DNA of 64,000 nucleotides from NCBI GenBank assembly GCA_026770705.1, contig JANJGN010000010.1:40176001-40240000 (forward strand). Direction: 5' to 3'. The first letter of the stretch is position 1. Every line of letters begins with the position of its first letter. This DNA is from Isurus oxyrinchus. Taxonomy: Eukaryota. Under the pieces are notes generated by a model. That model ran no database searches. It had not been told where the DNA came from and saw only the letters and a list, made by a program, of their open reading frames with translations. Below are positions 12,801 to 27,800 of this stretch, in pieces. The position numbers and the translations under genes are program-made.

Positions 12801-15800
12801 ACTTATGTGTCAATCCGTCAAGGGCACTGGGTTGAAAACCAGAAACTGCTTCCCGATCAGCTCTGTGGATGTACCTAAACCACATGGATTGCAGCAATTC
12901 CAGAACCAGCATTAGCATCATACCAAGGACAATTAATGATGCTAATAAATGTACGATCTGTCAAAATTACCCACATCCCATCGGCAAATAAATGAAAGCT
13001 TTGCGCAACTTACTATTTTCTTCATTGTTCACACCGCCGGTTCCCTGTTCTTCATTTTTACTGTTAGGATCACTTTTAGCATTTGTAGAGTTTCCCTGCA
13101 AATCTACATGAACAAAAATATACATGCCATTGTAAACTCATTGCATACAGGCGCTGAAAGTACACTGGTAATGCTGTTCAATAGTCATAAAAGAATACCT
13201 ATGTATTTAGTTAAGCTTAATGTGCCTTCATCTCAGGACAGATATTATTATTTCTCAGCTAAGTGCTGCATGAGGGGCCTTCAGAATAATGCAAAATTTC
13301 ATCTCACAGTGAATAATAGTGCCTTGTAGGCTTCCCTCCCTTTCCTCAATATACATCAATCAATTAGCTTCAAATATTATTGGTAAAATTGTACAACGTA
13401 GATTCACATGCTAGCGACATATCTTTTTGGGTTCAAATCATTGTACCAAGAACGTACTTTAAAGTACCAACACATCAATGAAGTTCTACGCTGAAAAATG
13501 GATCTATTTCTGAATTCTCTATTTTGATCATTTTATCAAATATTATGACCAGTGTGAGAATTCAGCATTCCCTCCAAAATGAGTTAGTTTTCAGACAGGA
13601 TATCTGCTCAATTCCTGGACTGGAACATCAACACATATCCCCCTGACTGACAGAACAGGTTTCTGAATAATGGAGCTAATACTTCCTGGAATATGAGAAG
13701 GCACTTTGTGCTTTTGATTCTTTAGTGAAAAACAATTCATATTTTCTCCATTTCAAAGAATACATAAGCCATTTCATTACAACTATAGCCTCCACCATCC
13801 ATTGCAATCCCTTAGTATATTTACTTTCTCAGTACTTCCACTAGCATGCCTTATTTCTGCTGACTTCTCTACATCCCTTCTTTATTGTGAGTTCTCTGTC
13901 CTTAACATAACATCAAGCAAAAGAAAGATATCTCAACTGGAGTATTTTTAATCCTTTCTGAGAAAGCAACCTCCACCCAATTAGACAAGCCGAATTTTTG
14001 CTCCTCAAGTCCAGTATTGATGATCTGACAGAAGGAAAACAGTAAAGTGAATGCTAACTTTGTCTAAATAGACAAGTCCTGATCTGTTCCAAAGGATAGG
14101 GAATCTCCATTTGCACTAATGGGGCAGACATTCCGTTGCTCCATGTCTGCATGAGTGATATCCACCTAGAGCTCGGCCAAGAACATTCCTGTGGCACCTG
14201 ATCACTCAGAGCATGATAGAGGGAGGCAAGAAAGCGTCCAAACAACAAGATTGTTCTGTTCACCTTTGCTTCTCATTTTGGTTAGTGTGTCATGCTTAAA
14301 AAAAACTGTTGGCCTACATCATCACTGAGCTAGGCCTACATCATCAATGAGATTTTGCTAACTGGAGCATTCTCCTACATTCCACATCATCAATAAATTG
14401 TATTTCTTTTTATTTGGTTAAATATTGCTTCCTCAGGGGAATCTTCCAAATACACAACCATTGGGATCTAGATCAGGAGAAGCAGCAGGTAGAGGGGCAC
14501 ACCAACACATGCAACTTCCTCTCTAAGACTTACAAAATCCGGACTTGGAAATATGTGTCAATCCGTCATGGGCACTGGGTTGAAAACCAGAAACTGCCTC
14601 CCGATCAGCTCTGTGGATGTACCTAAACCACACGGATTGCAGCAATTCCAGAACCAGCATTAGCATCATACCAAGGACAATTAATGATGCTAATAAAAGT
14701 ACGATCTGTCAAAATTACCCACATCCCATCGGCAAATAAATGAAAGCTTTGCGCAACTTACTATTTTCTTCATTCTTTACACCGTCGGATCCCTGTTCTT
14801 CATTTTTACTGTTAGGATCACTTTTAGCATTTGTAGAGTTTCCCTGCAAATCTACATGAACAAAAATATACATGCCATTGTAAACTCATTGCATACAGGC
14901 GCTGAAACTACACTGGTAATGCAGTTCAATAGTCATAAAAGAATACCTATGTATTTAGTTAAGCTTAATGTGCCTTCATCTCAGGACAGATATTATTATT
15001 TCTCAGCTAAGTGCTGCATGAGGGGCCTTCAGAATAATGCAAAATTTCATCTCACAGTGAATAATAGTGCCTTGTAGGCTTCCCTCCTTTTCCTCAATAT
15101 ACATCAATCAATTAGCTTCAAATATTATTGGTAAAATTGTAGAACGTAGATTCACATGCTAGCGACATATCTTTTTGGGTTCAAATCATTGTACCAAGAA
15201 CGTACTTTAAAGTACCCACACATCAATCAAGTTCTACGCTGAAAAATGGATCTATTTCTGAATTCTCTATTTTGATCATTTTATCAAATATTATGACCAG
15301 TGTGAGAATTCAGCATTCCATCCATAATGAGTTAGTTTTCAGACAGGATATCTGCTCAATTCCTGGACTGGAACATCAACACATATCCCCCTGACTGACA
15401 GAACAGGTTTCTGAATAATGGAGCTAATACTTCCTGGAATATGAGAAGGCACTTTGTGCTTTTGATTCTTTAGTGAAAAACAATTCATATTTTCTCCATT
15501 TCAAAGAATACATAAGCCATTTCATTACAACTATAGCCTCCACCATCCATTGCAATCCCTTAGTATATTTACTTTCTCAGTACTTCCACTAGCATGCCTT
15601 ATTTCTGCTGACTTCTCTACATCCCTTCTTTATTATGTGTTCTCTGTCCTTAACATAACATCAAGCAAAAGAAAGATATCTCAACTGGAGTATTTTCAAT
15701 CCTTTCTGAGAAAGGAACCTCCACCCAATTAGACAAGCTGAATTTTTGCTCCTCAAGTCCAGTATTGATGATGTGACAGAAGGAAAACAGAAAAGTGAAT

Positions 15801-18800
15801 GCTAACTTTGTCTAAATAGACAAGTCCTGATCTGTTCCAAAGGATAGGGAAACTCCATTTGCACTAATGGGGCAGACATTCCGTTGCTCCAATTCTGCAT
15901 GAGTGATATCCACCTAGAGCTCGGCCAAGAACCTTCCTGTGGCACCTGATCACTCAGGGCATGATAGAGGGAGCCAAGAAAGCGTCCAGAAAACAAGATT
16001 GTTCTGTTCACCTTTGCTTCTCATTTTGATTAGTGTATCAATCTTAAAAAAAACTGTTGGCTTACATCATCACTGAGCTAGGCCTACATCATCAATGAGA
16101 TTTTGCTAACTGGAGCATTCTCCTACATTCCACATCATCAATAAATTGTATTTCTTTTTATTTGGTTAAATACTGCTTCCTCAGGGGAATCTTCCAAATA
16201 CACAACCATTGGGATCTAGATAAGGAGGGGCAGCAGGTAGAGGGGCACACCAACACATGCAACTTCCTCTCTAAGACTTACAAAATCCGGACTTATGTGT
16301 CAATCCGTCAAGGGCACTGGGTTGAAAACCAGAAACTGCTTCCCGATCAGCTCTGTGGATGTACCTAAAACACATGGATTGCAGCAATTCCAGAACCAGC
16401 ATTAGCATCATACCAAGGACAATTAATGATGCTAATAAATGTACGATCTGTCAAAAATACCCAAATCCCATCGGCAAATAAATGAAAGCTTTGCGCAACT
16501 TACTATTTTCTTCATTGTTCACACCGTCAGTTCCCTGTTCTTCATTTTTACTGTTAGGATCACTTTTAGCATTTGTAGAGTTTCCCTGCAAATCTACATG
16601 AACAAAAATATACATGCCATTGTAAACTCATTGCATAAAGGCGCTGAAAGTACACTGGTAATGCTGTTCAATAGTCATAAAAGAATACCTATGTATTTAG
16701 TTAAGCTTAATGTGCCTTCATCTCAGGACAGATATTATTATTTCTCAGCTAAGTGCTGCATGAGGGGCCTTCAGAATAATGCAAAATTTCATCTCACAGT
16801 GAATAATAGTGCCTTGTAGGCTTCCCTCCTATTCCTCAATATACATCAATCAATTAGCTTCAAATATTATTGGTAAAATTGTACAACGCAGATTCACATG
16901 CTAGCGACATATCTTTTTGGGTTCAAATCATTGTACCAAGAACGTACTTTAAAGTACCAACACATCAATGAAGTTCTACGCTGAAAAATGGATCTATTTC
17001 TGAATTCTCTATTTTGATCATTTTATCAAATATTATGACCAGTGTGAGAATTCAGCATTCCATCCATAATGAGTTAGTTTTCAGACAGGATATCTGCTCA
17101 ATTCCTGGACTGGAACATCAACACATATCCCCCTGACTGACAGAACAGGTTTCTGAATAATGGAGCTAATACTTCCTGGAATATGAGAAGGCATTTTGTG
17201 CTTTTGATTCTTTAGTGAAAAACAATTCATATTTTCTCCATTTCAAAGAATACATAAGCCATTTCATTACAACTATAGCCTCCACCATCCATTGCAATCC
17301 CTTAGTATATTTACTTTCTCAGTACTTCCACTAGCATGCCTTATTTCTGCTGATTTCTCTACATCCCTTCTTTATTATGTGTTCTCTGTACTTAACATTA
17401 CATCAAGCAAAAGAAAGATATCTCAACTGGAGTATTTTCAATCCTTTCTGAGAAAGGAACCTCCACCTAATTAGACAAGCTGAATTTTTGCTCCTCAAGT
17501 CCAGTATTGATAATGTGACAGAAGGAAAACAGAAAAGTGAATGCTAACTTTGTCTAAATAGACAAGTCCTGATCTGTTCCAAAGGATAGGGAATCTCCAT
17601 TTGCACTAATGGGGCAGACATTCCGTTGCTCCAATACTGCATGAGTGATATCCACCTAGAGCTCGGCCAAGAACCTTCCTGTGGCACCTGATCACTCAGA
17701 GCATGATAGAGGGAGCCAAGAAAGCGTCCAAACAACAAGATTGTTCTGTTCACCTTTGCTTCTCATTTTGTTTAGTGTGTCAATCTTAAAAAAAACTGTT
17801 GGCCTACATCATCACTGAGCTAGGCCTACATCATCAATGAGATTTTGCTAACTGGAGCATTCTCCTACATTCCACATCATCAATAAATTGTATTTCTTTT
17901 TATTTGGTTAAATACTGCTTCGTCAGGGGAATCTTCCAAATACACAGCCATTGGGATCTAGATCAGGAGAAGCAGCAGGTACAGGGGCACACCAACACAT
18001 GCAACTTCCTCTCTAAGACTTACAAAATCCGGACTTGGAAATATGTGTCAATCCGTCATGGGCACTGGGTTGAAAACCAGAAACTGCTTCCCGATCAGCT
18101 CTGTGGATGTACCTAAACCACATCGATTGCAGCAATTCCAGAACCAGCATTAGCATCATACCAAGGACAATTAATGATGCTAATAAAAGTACGATCTGTC
18201 AAAATTACCCAAATCCCATCGGCAAATAAATGAAAGCTTTGCGCAACTTACTATTTTCTTCATTGTTCACACCGTCGGTTCCCTGTTCTTCATTTTTACT
18301 GTTAGGATCACTTTTAGCATTTGTAGAGTTTCCCTGCAAATCTACATGAACAAAAATATACATGCCATTGTAAACTCATTGCATAAAGGCGCTGAAAGTA
18401 CACTGGTAATGCTGTTCAATAGTCATAAAAGAATACCTATGTATTTAGTTAAGCTTAATGTGCCTTCATCTCAGGACAGATATTATTATTTCTCAGCTAA
18501 GTGCTGCATGAGGGGCCTTCAGAATAATGCAAAATTTCATCTCACAGTGAATAATAGTGCCTTGTAGGCTTCCCTCCTATTCCTCAATATACATCAATCA
18601 ATTAGCTTCAAATATTATTGGTAAAATTGTACAACGCAGATTCACATGCTAGCGACATATCTTTTTGGGTTCAAATCATTGTACCAAGAACGTACTTTAA
18701 AGTACCAACACATCAATGAAGTTCTACGCTGAAAAATGGATCTATTTCTGAATTCTCTATTTTGATCATTTTATCAAATATTATGACCAGTGTGAGAATT

Positions 18801-21800
18801 CAGCATTCCATCCATAATGAGTTAGTTTTCAGACAGGATATCTGCTCAATTCCTGGACTGGAACATCAACACATATCCCCCTGAATGACAGAACAGGTTT
18901 CTGAATAATGGAGCTAATACTTCCTGGAATATGAGAAGGCACTTTGTGCTTTTGATTCTTTAGTGAAAAACAATTCATATTTTCTCCATTTCAAAGAATA
19001 CATAAGCCATTTCATTACAACTATAGCCTCCACCATCCATTGCAATCCCTTAGTATATTTACTTTCTCAGTACTTCCACTAGCATGCCTTATTTCTGCTG
19101 ATTTCTCTACATCCCTTCTTTATTATGTGTTCTCTGTACTTAACATTACATCAAGCAAAAGAAAGATATCTCAACTGGAGTATTTTCAATCCTTTCTGAG
19201 AAAGGAACCTCCACCTAATTAGACAAGCTGAATTTTTGCTCCTCAAGTCCAGTATTGATAATGTGACAGAAGGAAAACAGAAAAGTGAATGCTAACTTTG
19301 TCTAAATAGACAAGTCCTGATCTGTTCCAAAGGATAGGGAATCTCCATTTGCACTAATGGGGCAGACATTCCGTTGCTCCAATACTGCATGAGTGATATC
19401 CACCTAGAGCTCGGCCAAGAACCTTCCTGTGGCACCTGATCACTCAGAGCATGATAGAGGGAGCCAAGAAAGCGTCCAAACAACAAGATTGTTCTGTTCA
19501 CCTTTGCTTCTCATTTTGTTTAGTGTGTCAATCTTAAAAAAAACTGTTGGCCTACATCATCACTGAGCTAGGCCTACATCATCAATGAGATTTTGCTAAC
19601 TGGAGCATTCTCCTACATTCCACATCATCAATAAATTGTATTTCTTTTTATTTGGTTAAATACTGCTTCGTCAGGGGAATCTTCCAAATACACAGCCATT
19701 GGGATCTAGATCAGGAGAAGCAGCAGGTACAGGGGCACACCAACACATGCAACTTCCTCTCTAAGACTTACAAAATCCGGACTTGGAAATAGGTGTCAAT
19801 CCGTCATGGGCACTGGGTTGAAAACCAGAAACTGCTTCCCGATCAGCTCTGTGGATGTACCTAAACCACATGGATTGCAGCAATTCCAGAACCAGCATTA
19901 GCATCATACCAAGGACAATTAATGATGCTAATAAATGTACGATCTGTCAAAATTACCCACATCCCATCGGCAAATAAATGAAAGCTTTGCGCAACTTACT
20001 ATTTTCTTCATTGTTCACACCGTCGGTTCCCTGTTCTTCATTTTTACTGTTAGGATCACTTTTAGCATTTGTAGAGTTTCCCTGCAAATCTACATGAACA
20101 AAAATATACATGCCATTGTAAACTCATTGCATACAGGCGCTGAAAGTACACTGGTAATGCTGTTCAATAGTCATAAAAGAATACCTATGTATTTAGTTAA
20201 GCTTAATGTGCCTTCATCTCAGGACAGATATTATTATTTCTCAGCTAAGTGCTGCATGAGGGGCCTTCAGAATAATGCAAAATTTCATCTCACAGTGAAT
20301 AATAGTGCCTTGTATGCTTCCCTCCTATTCCTCAATATACATCAATCAATTAGCTTCAAATATTATTGGTAAAATTGTACAACGCAGATTCACATGCTAG
20401 CGACATATCTTTTTGGGTTCAAATCATTGTACCAAGAACGTACTTTAAAGTACCAACACATCAATGAAGTTCTACGCTGAAAAATGGATCTATTTCTGAA
20501 TTCTCCATTTAGATCATTTTATCAAATATTATGACCAGTGTGAGAATTCAGCATTCCATCCATAATGAGTTAGTTTTCAGACAGGATATCTGCTCAATTC
20601 CTGGACTGGAACATCAACACATATCCCCCTGACTGACAGAACAGGTTTCTGAATAATGGAGCTAATACTTCCTGGAATATGAGAAGGCACTTTGTGCTTT
20701 TGATTCTTTAGTGAAAAACAATTCATATTTTCTCCATTTCAAAGAATACATAAGCCATTTCATTACAACTATAGCCTCCACCATCCATTGCAATCCCTTA
20801 GTATATTTACTTTCTCAGTACTTCCACTAGCATGCCTTATTTCTGCTGACTTCTCTACATCCCTTCTTTATTATGTGTTCTCTGTCCTTAACATAACATC
20901 AAGCAAAAGAAAGATATCTCAACTGGAGTATTTTTAATCCTTTCTGAGAAAGCAACATCCACCCAATTAGACACGCCGAATTTTTGCTCCTCAAGTCCAG
21001 TATTGATGATCTGACAGAAGGAAAACAGTAAAGTGAATGCTAACTTTGTCTAAATAGACAAGTCCTGATCTGTTCCAAAGGATAGGGAATCTCCATTTGC
21101 ACTAATGGGGCAGACATTCCGTTGCTCCAAGTCTGCATGAGTGATATCCACCTAGAGCTCGGCCAAGAACATTCCTGTGGCACCTGATCACTCAGAGCAT
21201 GATAGAGGGAGCCAAGAAAGCGTCCAAACAACAAGATTGTTCTGTTCACCTTTGCTTCTCATTTTGTTTAGTGTGTCATGCTTAAAAAAAACTGTTGGCC
21301 TACATCATCACTGAGCTAGGCCTACATCATCAATGAGATTTTGCTAACTGGAGCATTCTCCTACATTCCACATCATCAATAAATTGTATTTCTTTTTATT
21401 TGGTTAAATACTGCTTCCTCAGGGGAATCTTCCAAATACACAACCATTGGGATCTAGATCAGGAGAAGCAGCAGGTAGAGGGGCACACCAACACATGCAA
21501 CTTCCTCTCTAAGACTTACAAAATCCGGATTTGGAAATATGTGTCAATCCGTCATGGGCACTGGGTTGAAAACCAGAAACTGCCTCCCGATCAGCTCTGT
21601 GGATGTACCTAAACCACACGGATTGCAGCAATTCCAGAACCAGCATTAGCATCATACCAAGGACAATTAATGATGCTAATAAAAGTACGATCTGTCAAAA
21701 TTACCCACATCCCATCGGCAAATAAATGAAAGCTTTGCGCAACTTACTATTTTCTTCATTCTTTACACCGTCGGATCCCTGTTCTTCATTTTTACTGTTA

Positions 21801-24800
21801 GGATCACTTTTAGCATTTGTAGAGTTTCCCTGCAAATCTACATGAACAAAAATATACATGCCATTGTAAACTCATTGCATACAGGCGCTGAAACTACACT
21901 GGTAATGCAGTTCAATAGTCATAAAAGAATACCTATGTATTTAGTTAAGCTTAATGTGCCTTCATCTCAGGACAGATATTATTATTTCTCAGCTAAGTGC
22001 TGCATGAGGGGCCTTCAGAATAATGCAAAATTTCATCTCACAGTGAATAATAGTGCCTTGTAGGCTTCCCTCCTATTCCTCAATATACATCAATCAATTA
22101 GCTTCAAATATTATTGGTAAAATTGTACAACGTAGATTCACATGCTAGCGACATATCTTTTTGGGTTCAAATCATTGTACCAAGAACGTACTTTAAAGTA
22201 CCAACACATCAATGAAGTTCTACGCTGAAAAATGGATCTATTTCTGAATTCTCTATTTTGATCATTTTATCAAATATTATGACCAGTGTGAGAATTCAGC
22301 ATTCCATCCATAATGAGTTAGTTTTCAGACAGGATATCTGCTCAATTCCTGGACTGGAACATCAACACATATCCCCCTGACTGACAGAACAGGTTTCTGA
22401 ATAATGGAGCTAATACTTCCTGGAATATGAGAAGGCACTTTGTGCTTTTGATTCTTTAGTGAAAAACAATTCATATTTTCTCCATTTCAAAGAATACATC
22501 AGCCATTTCATTACAACTATAGCCTCCACCATCCATTGCAATCCCTTAGTATATTTACTTTCTCAGTACTTCCACTAGCATGCCTTATTTCTGATGACTT
22601 CTCTACATCCCTTCTTTGTTATGTGTTCTCCGTCCTTAACATAACATCAAGCAAAAGAAAGATATCTCAACTGGAGTATTTTCAATCCTTTCAGAGAAAG
22701 GAACCTCCACCCAATTAGACAAGCTGAATTTTTGGTCCTCAAGTCCAGTATTGATGATGTGACAGAAGGAAAACAGAAAAGTGAATGCTAACTTTGTCTA
22801 AATAGACAAGTCCTGATCTGTTCCAAAGGATAGGGAAACTCCATTTACACTAATGGGGCAGACATTCCATTGCTCCAATTCTGCATGAGTGATATCCACA
22901 TAGAGCTCGGCCAAGAACATTCCTGTGGCACCTGATCACTCAAAGCATGATAGAGCGAGCCAAGAAAGCGTCCAAACAACAAGATTGTTCTGTTCACCTT
23001 TGCTTCTCATTTTGTTTAGTGTGTCATGCTTAAAAAAAACTGTTGGCCTACATCATCACTGAGCTAGGCCTACATCATCAATGAGATTTTGCTAACTGGA
23101 GCATTCTCCTACATTCCACATCATCAATAAATTGTATTTCTTTTTATTTGGTTAAATACTGCTTCCTCAGGGGAATCTTCCAAATACACAACCATTGGGA
23201 TCTAGATCAGGAGAAGCAGCAGGTAGAGGGGCACACCAACACATGCAACTTCCTCTCTAAGACTTACAAAATCCGGACTTGGAAATATGTGTCAATCCGT
23301 CATGGGCACTGGGTTGAAAACCAGAAACTGCCTCCCGATCAGCTCTGTGGATGTACCTAAACCACACGGATTGCAGCAATTCCAGAACCAGCATTAGCAT
23401 CATACCAAGGACAATTAATGATGCTAATAAAAGTACGATCTGTCAAAATTACCCACATCCCATCGGCAAATAAATGAAAGCTTTGCGCAACTTACTATTT
23501 TCTTCATTCTTTACACCGTCGGATCCCTGTTCTTCATTTTTACTGTTAGGATCACTTTTAGCATTTGTAGAGTTTCCCTGCAAATCTACATGAACAAAAA
23601 TATACATGCCATTGTAAACTCATTGCATACAGGCGCTGAAACTACACTGGTAATGCAGTTCAATAGTCATAAAAGAATACCTATGTATTTAGTTAAGCTT
23701 AATGTGCCTTCATCTCAGGACAGATATTATTATTTCTCAGCTAAGTGCTGCATGAGGGGCCTTCAGAATAATGCAAAATTTCAACTCACAGTGAATAATA
23801 GTGCCTTGTAGGCTTTCCCCCCTTTTCCTCAATACACGTCAATCAATTAGCTTCAAATATTATTGGTAAAATTGTACAACGTAGATTCACATGCTAGCGA
23901 CATATCTTTTTGGGTTCAAATCATTGTACCAAGAACGTACTTTAAAGTACCAACACATCAATGAAGTTCTACGCTGAAAAATGGATCTATTTCTGAATTC
24001 TCTATTTTGATCATTTTATCAAATATTATGACCAGTGTGAGAATTCAGCATTCCATCCAAAATGAGTTAGTTTTCAGACAGGATATCTGCTCAATTCCTG
24101 GACTGGAACATCAACACATATCCCCCTGACTGACAGAACAGGTTTCTGAATAATGGAGCTAATACTTCCTGGAATATGAGAAGGCACTTTGTGCTTTTGA
24201 TTCTTTAGTGAAAAACAATTCATATTTTCTCCATTTCAAAGAATACATAAGCCATTTCATTACAACTATAGCCTCCACCATCCATTGCAATCCCTTAGTA
24301 TATTTACTTTCTCAGTACTTCCACTAGCATGCCTTATTTCTGCTGACTTCTCTACATCCCTTCTTTATTATGTGTTCTCTGTCCTTAACATAACATCAAG
24401 CAAAAGAAAGATATCTCCACTGGAGTATTTTCAATCCTTTCTGAGAAAGGAACCTCCACCCAATTAGACAAGCTGAATTTTTGCTCCTCAAGTCCAGTAT
24501 TGATGATGTGACAGAAGGAAAACAGAAAAGTGAATGCTAACTTTGTCTAAATAGACAAGTCCTGATCTGTTCCAAAGGATAGGGAAACTCCATTTGCACT
24601 AATGGGGCAGACATTCCGTTGCTCCAATTCTGCATGAGTGATATCCACCTAGAGCTCGGCCAAGAACCTTCCTGTGGCACCTGATCACTCAGGGCATGAT
24701 AGAGGGAGCCAAGAAAGCGTCCAGAAAACAAGATTGTTCTGTTCACCTTTGCTTCTCATTTTGTTTAGTGTATCAATCTTAAAAAAAACTGTTGGCTTAC

Positions 24801-27800
24801 ATCATCACTGAGCTAGGCCTACATCATCAATGAGATTTTGCTAACTGGAGCATTCTCCTACATTCCACATCATCAATAAATTGTATTTCTTTTTATTTGG
24901 TTAAATACTGCTTCCTCAGGGGAATCTTCCAAATACACAACCATTGGGATCTAGATAAGGAGGGGCAGCAGGTAGAGGGGCACACCAACACATGCAACTT
25001 CCTCTCTAATACTTACAAAATCCGGACTGATGTGTCAATCCGTCATGGGCACTGGGTTGAAAACCAGAAACTGCTTCCTGATCAGCTCTGTGGATGTACC
25101 TAAACCACATGGATTGCAGCAATTCCAGAACCAGCATTACCATCATACCAAGGACAATTAATGATGCTAATAAATGTACGATCTGTCAAAATTACCCACA
25201 TCCCATCGGCAAATAAATGAAAGCTTTGCGCAACTTATTATTCTCTTCATTGTTCACACCGTCGGTTCCCTGTTCTTCATTTTTACTGTTAGGATCACTT
25301 TTAGCATTTGTAGAGTTTCCCTGCAAATCTACATGAACAAAAATATACATGCCATTGTAAACTCATTGCATACAGGCGCTGAACGTACACTGGTAATGCT
25401 GTTCAATAGTCATAAAAGAATACCTATGTATTTAGTTAAGCTTAATGTGCCTTCATCTCAGGACAGATATTATTATTTCTCAGCTAAGTGCTGCATGAGG
25501 GGCCTTCAGAATAATGCAAAATTTCATCTCACAGTGAATAATAGTGCCTTGCAGGCTTCCCTCCTATTCCTCAATATACATCAATCAATTAGCTTCAAAT
25601 ATTATTGGTAAAATTGTACAACGTAGATTCACATGCTAGCGACATATCTTTTTGGGTTCAAATCATTGTACCAAGAACGTACTTTAAAGTACCAACACAT
25701 CAATGAAGTTCTACGCTGAAAAATGGATCTATTTCTGAATTCTCTATTTTGATCATTTTATCAAATATTATGACCAGTGTGAGAATTCAGCATTCCATCC
25801 ATAATGAGTTAGTTTTCAGACAGGATATCTGCTCAATTCCTGGACTGGAACATCAACACATATCCCCCTGACTGACAGAACAGGTTTCTGAATAATGGAG
25901 CTAATACTTCCTGGAATATGAGAAGGCACTTTGTGCTTTTGATTCTTTAGTGAAAAACAATTCATATTTTCTCCATTTCAAAGAATACATAAGCCATTTC
26001 ATTACAACTATAGCCTCCACCATCCATTGCAATCCCTTAGTATATTTACTTTCTCAGTACTTCCACTAGCATGCCTTATTTCTGCTGACTTCTCTACATC
26101 CCTTCTTTATTGTGAGTTCTCTGTCCTTAACATAACATCAAGCAAAAGAAAGATATCTCAACTGGAGTATTTTTAATCCTTTCTGAGAAAGCAACCTCCA
26201 CCCAATTAGACAAGCCGAATTTTTGCACCTCAAGTCCAGTATTGATGATGTGACAGAAGGAAAACAGAAAAGTGAATGCTAACTTTGTCTAAATAGACAA
26301 GTCCTGATCTGTTCCAAAGGATAGGGAAACTCCATTTGCACTAATGGGGCAGACATTCCATTGCTCCAATTCTGCATGAGTGATATCCAAATCAAGCTCC
26401 GGCAAGAACCTTCCTGTGGCACCTGATCACTCAGAGCATGATAGAGGGAGCCAAGAAAGCGTCCAGAAAACAAGATTGTTCTGTTCACCTTTGCTTCTCA
26501 TTTTGTTTAGTGTGTCAATCTTAAAAAAAACTGTTGGCTTACATCATCACTGAGCTTGGCCTACATCATCAATGAGATTTTGCTAAATGGAGCATTCTCC
26601 TACACTCCACATCATCAATAAATTGTATTTCTTTTTATTTGGTTAAATACTGCTTCCTCAGGGGAATCTTCCAAATACACAACCATTGGGATCTAGATAA
26701 GGAGGGGCAGCAGGTAGAGGGGCACACCAACACATGCAACTTCCTCTCTAAGACTTACAAAATCCGGACTTGGAAATATGTGTCAATCCTTCATGGGCAC
26801 TGTGTTGAAAACCAGAAACTGCCTCCCGATCAGCTCTGTGGATGTACCGAAACCACACAGATTGCAGCAATTCCAGAACCAGCATTAGCATCATACCAAG
26901 GACAATTAATGATGCTAATAAAAGTACGATGTGTCAAAATTACCCACATCCCATCGGCAAATAAATGAAAGCTTTGCTCAACTTACTATTTTCTGCATTC
27001 TTTACACTGTCGGTTCCCTGTTCTTCATATTTACTGTTAGGATCACTTTTAGCATTTGTAGAGTTTCCCTGCAAATCTACATGAACAAAAATATACATGC
27101 CATTGTAAACTCATTGCATACAGGCGCTGAAACTACACTGGTAATGCAGTTCAATAGTCATAAAAGAATACCTATGTATTTAGTTAAGCTTAATGTGCCT
27201 TCATCTCAGGACAGATATTATTATTTCTCAGCTAAGTGCTGCATGAGGGGCCTTCAGAATAATGCAAAATTTCATCTCACAGTGAATAATAGTGCCTTGT
27301 AGGCTTCCCTCCTATTCCTCAATATACATCAATCAATTAGCTTCAAATATTATTGGTAAAATTGTACAACGTAGATTCACATGCTAGCGACATATCTTTT
27401 TGGGTTCAAATCATTGTACCAAGAACGTACTTTAAAGTACCAACACATCAATGAAGTTCTACGCTGAAAAATGGATCTATTTCTGAATTCTCTATTTTGA
27501 TCATTTTATCAAATATTATGACCAGTGTGAGAATTCAGCATTCCATCCATAATGAGTTAGTTTTCAGACAGGATATCTGCTCAATTCCTGGACTGGAACA
27601 TCAACACATATCCCCCTGACTGACAGAACAGGTTTCTGAATAATGGAGCTAATACTTCCTGGAATATGAGAAGGCACTTTGTGCTTTTGATTCTTTAGTG
27701 AAAAACAATTCATATTTTCTCCATTTCAAAGAATACATCAGCCATTTCATTACAACTATAGCCTCCACCATCCATTGCAATCCCTTAGTATATTTACTTT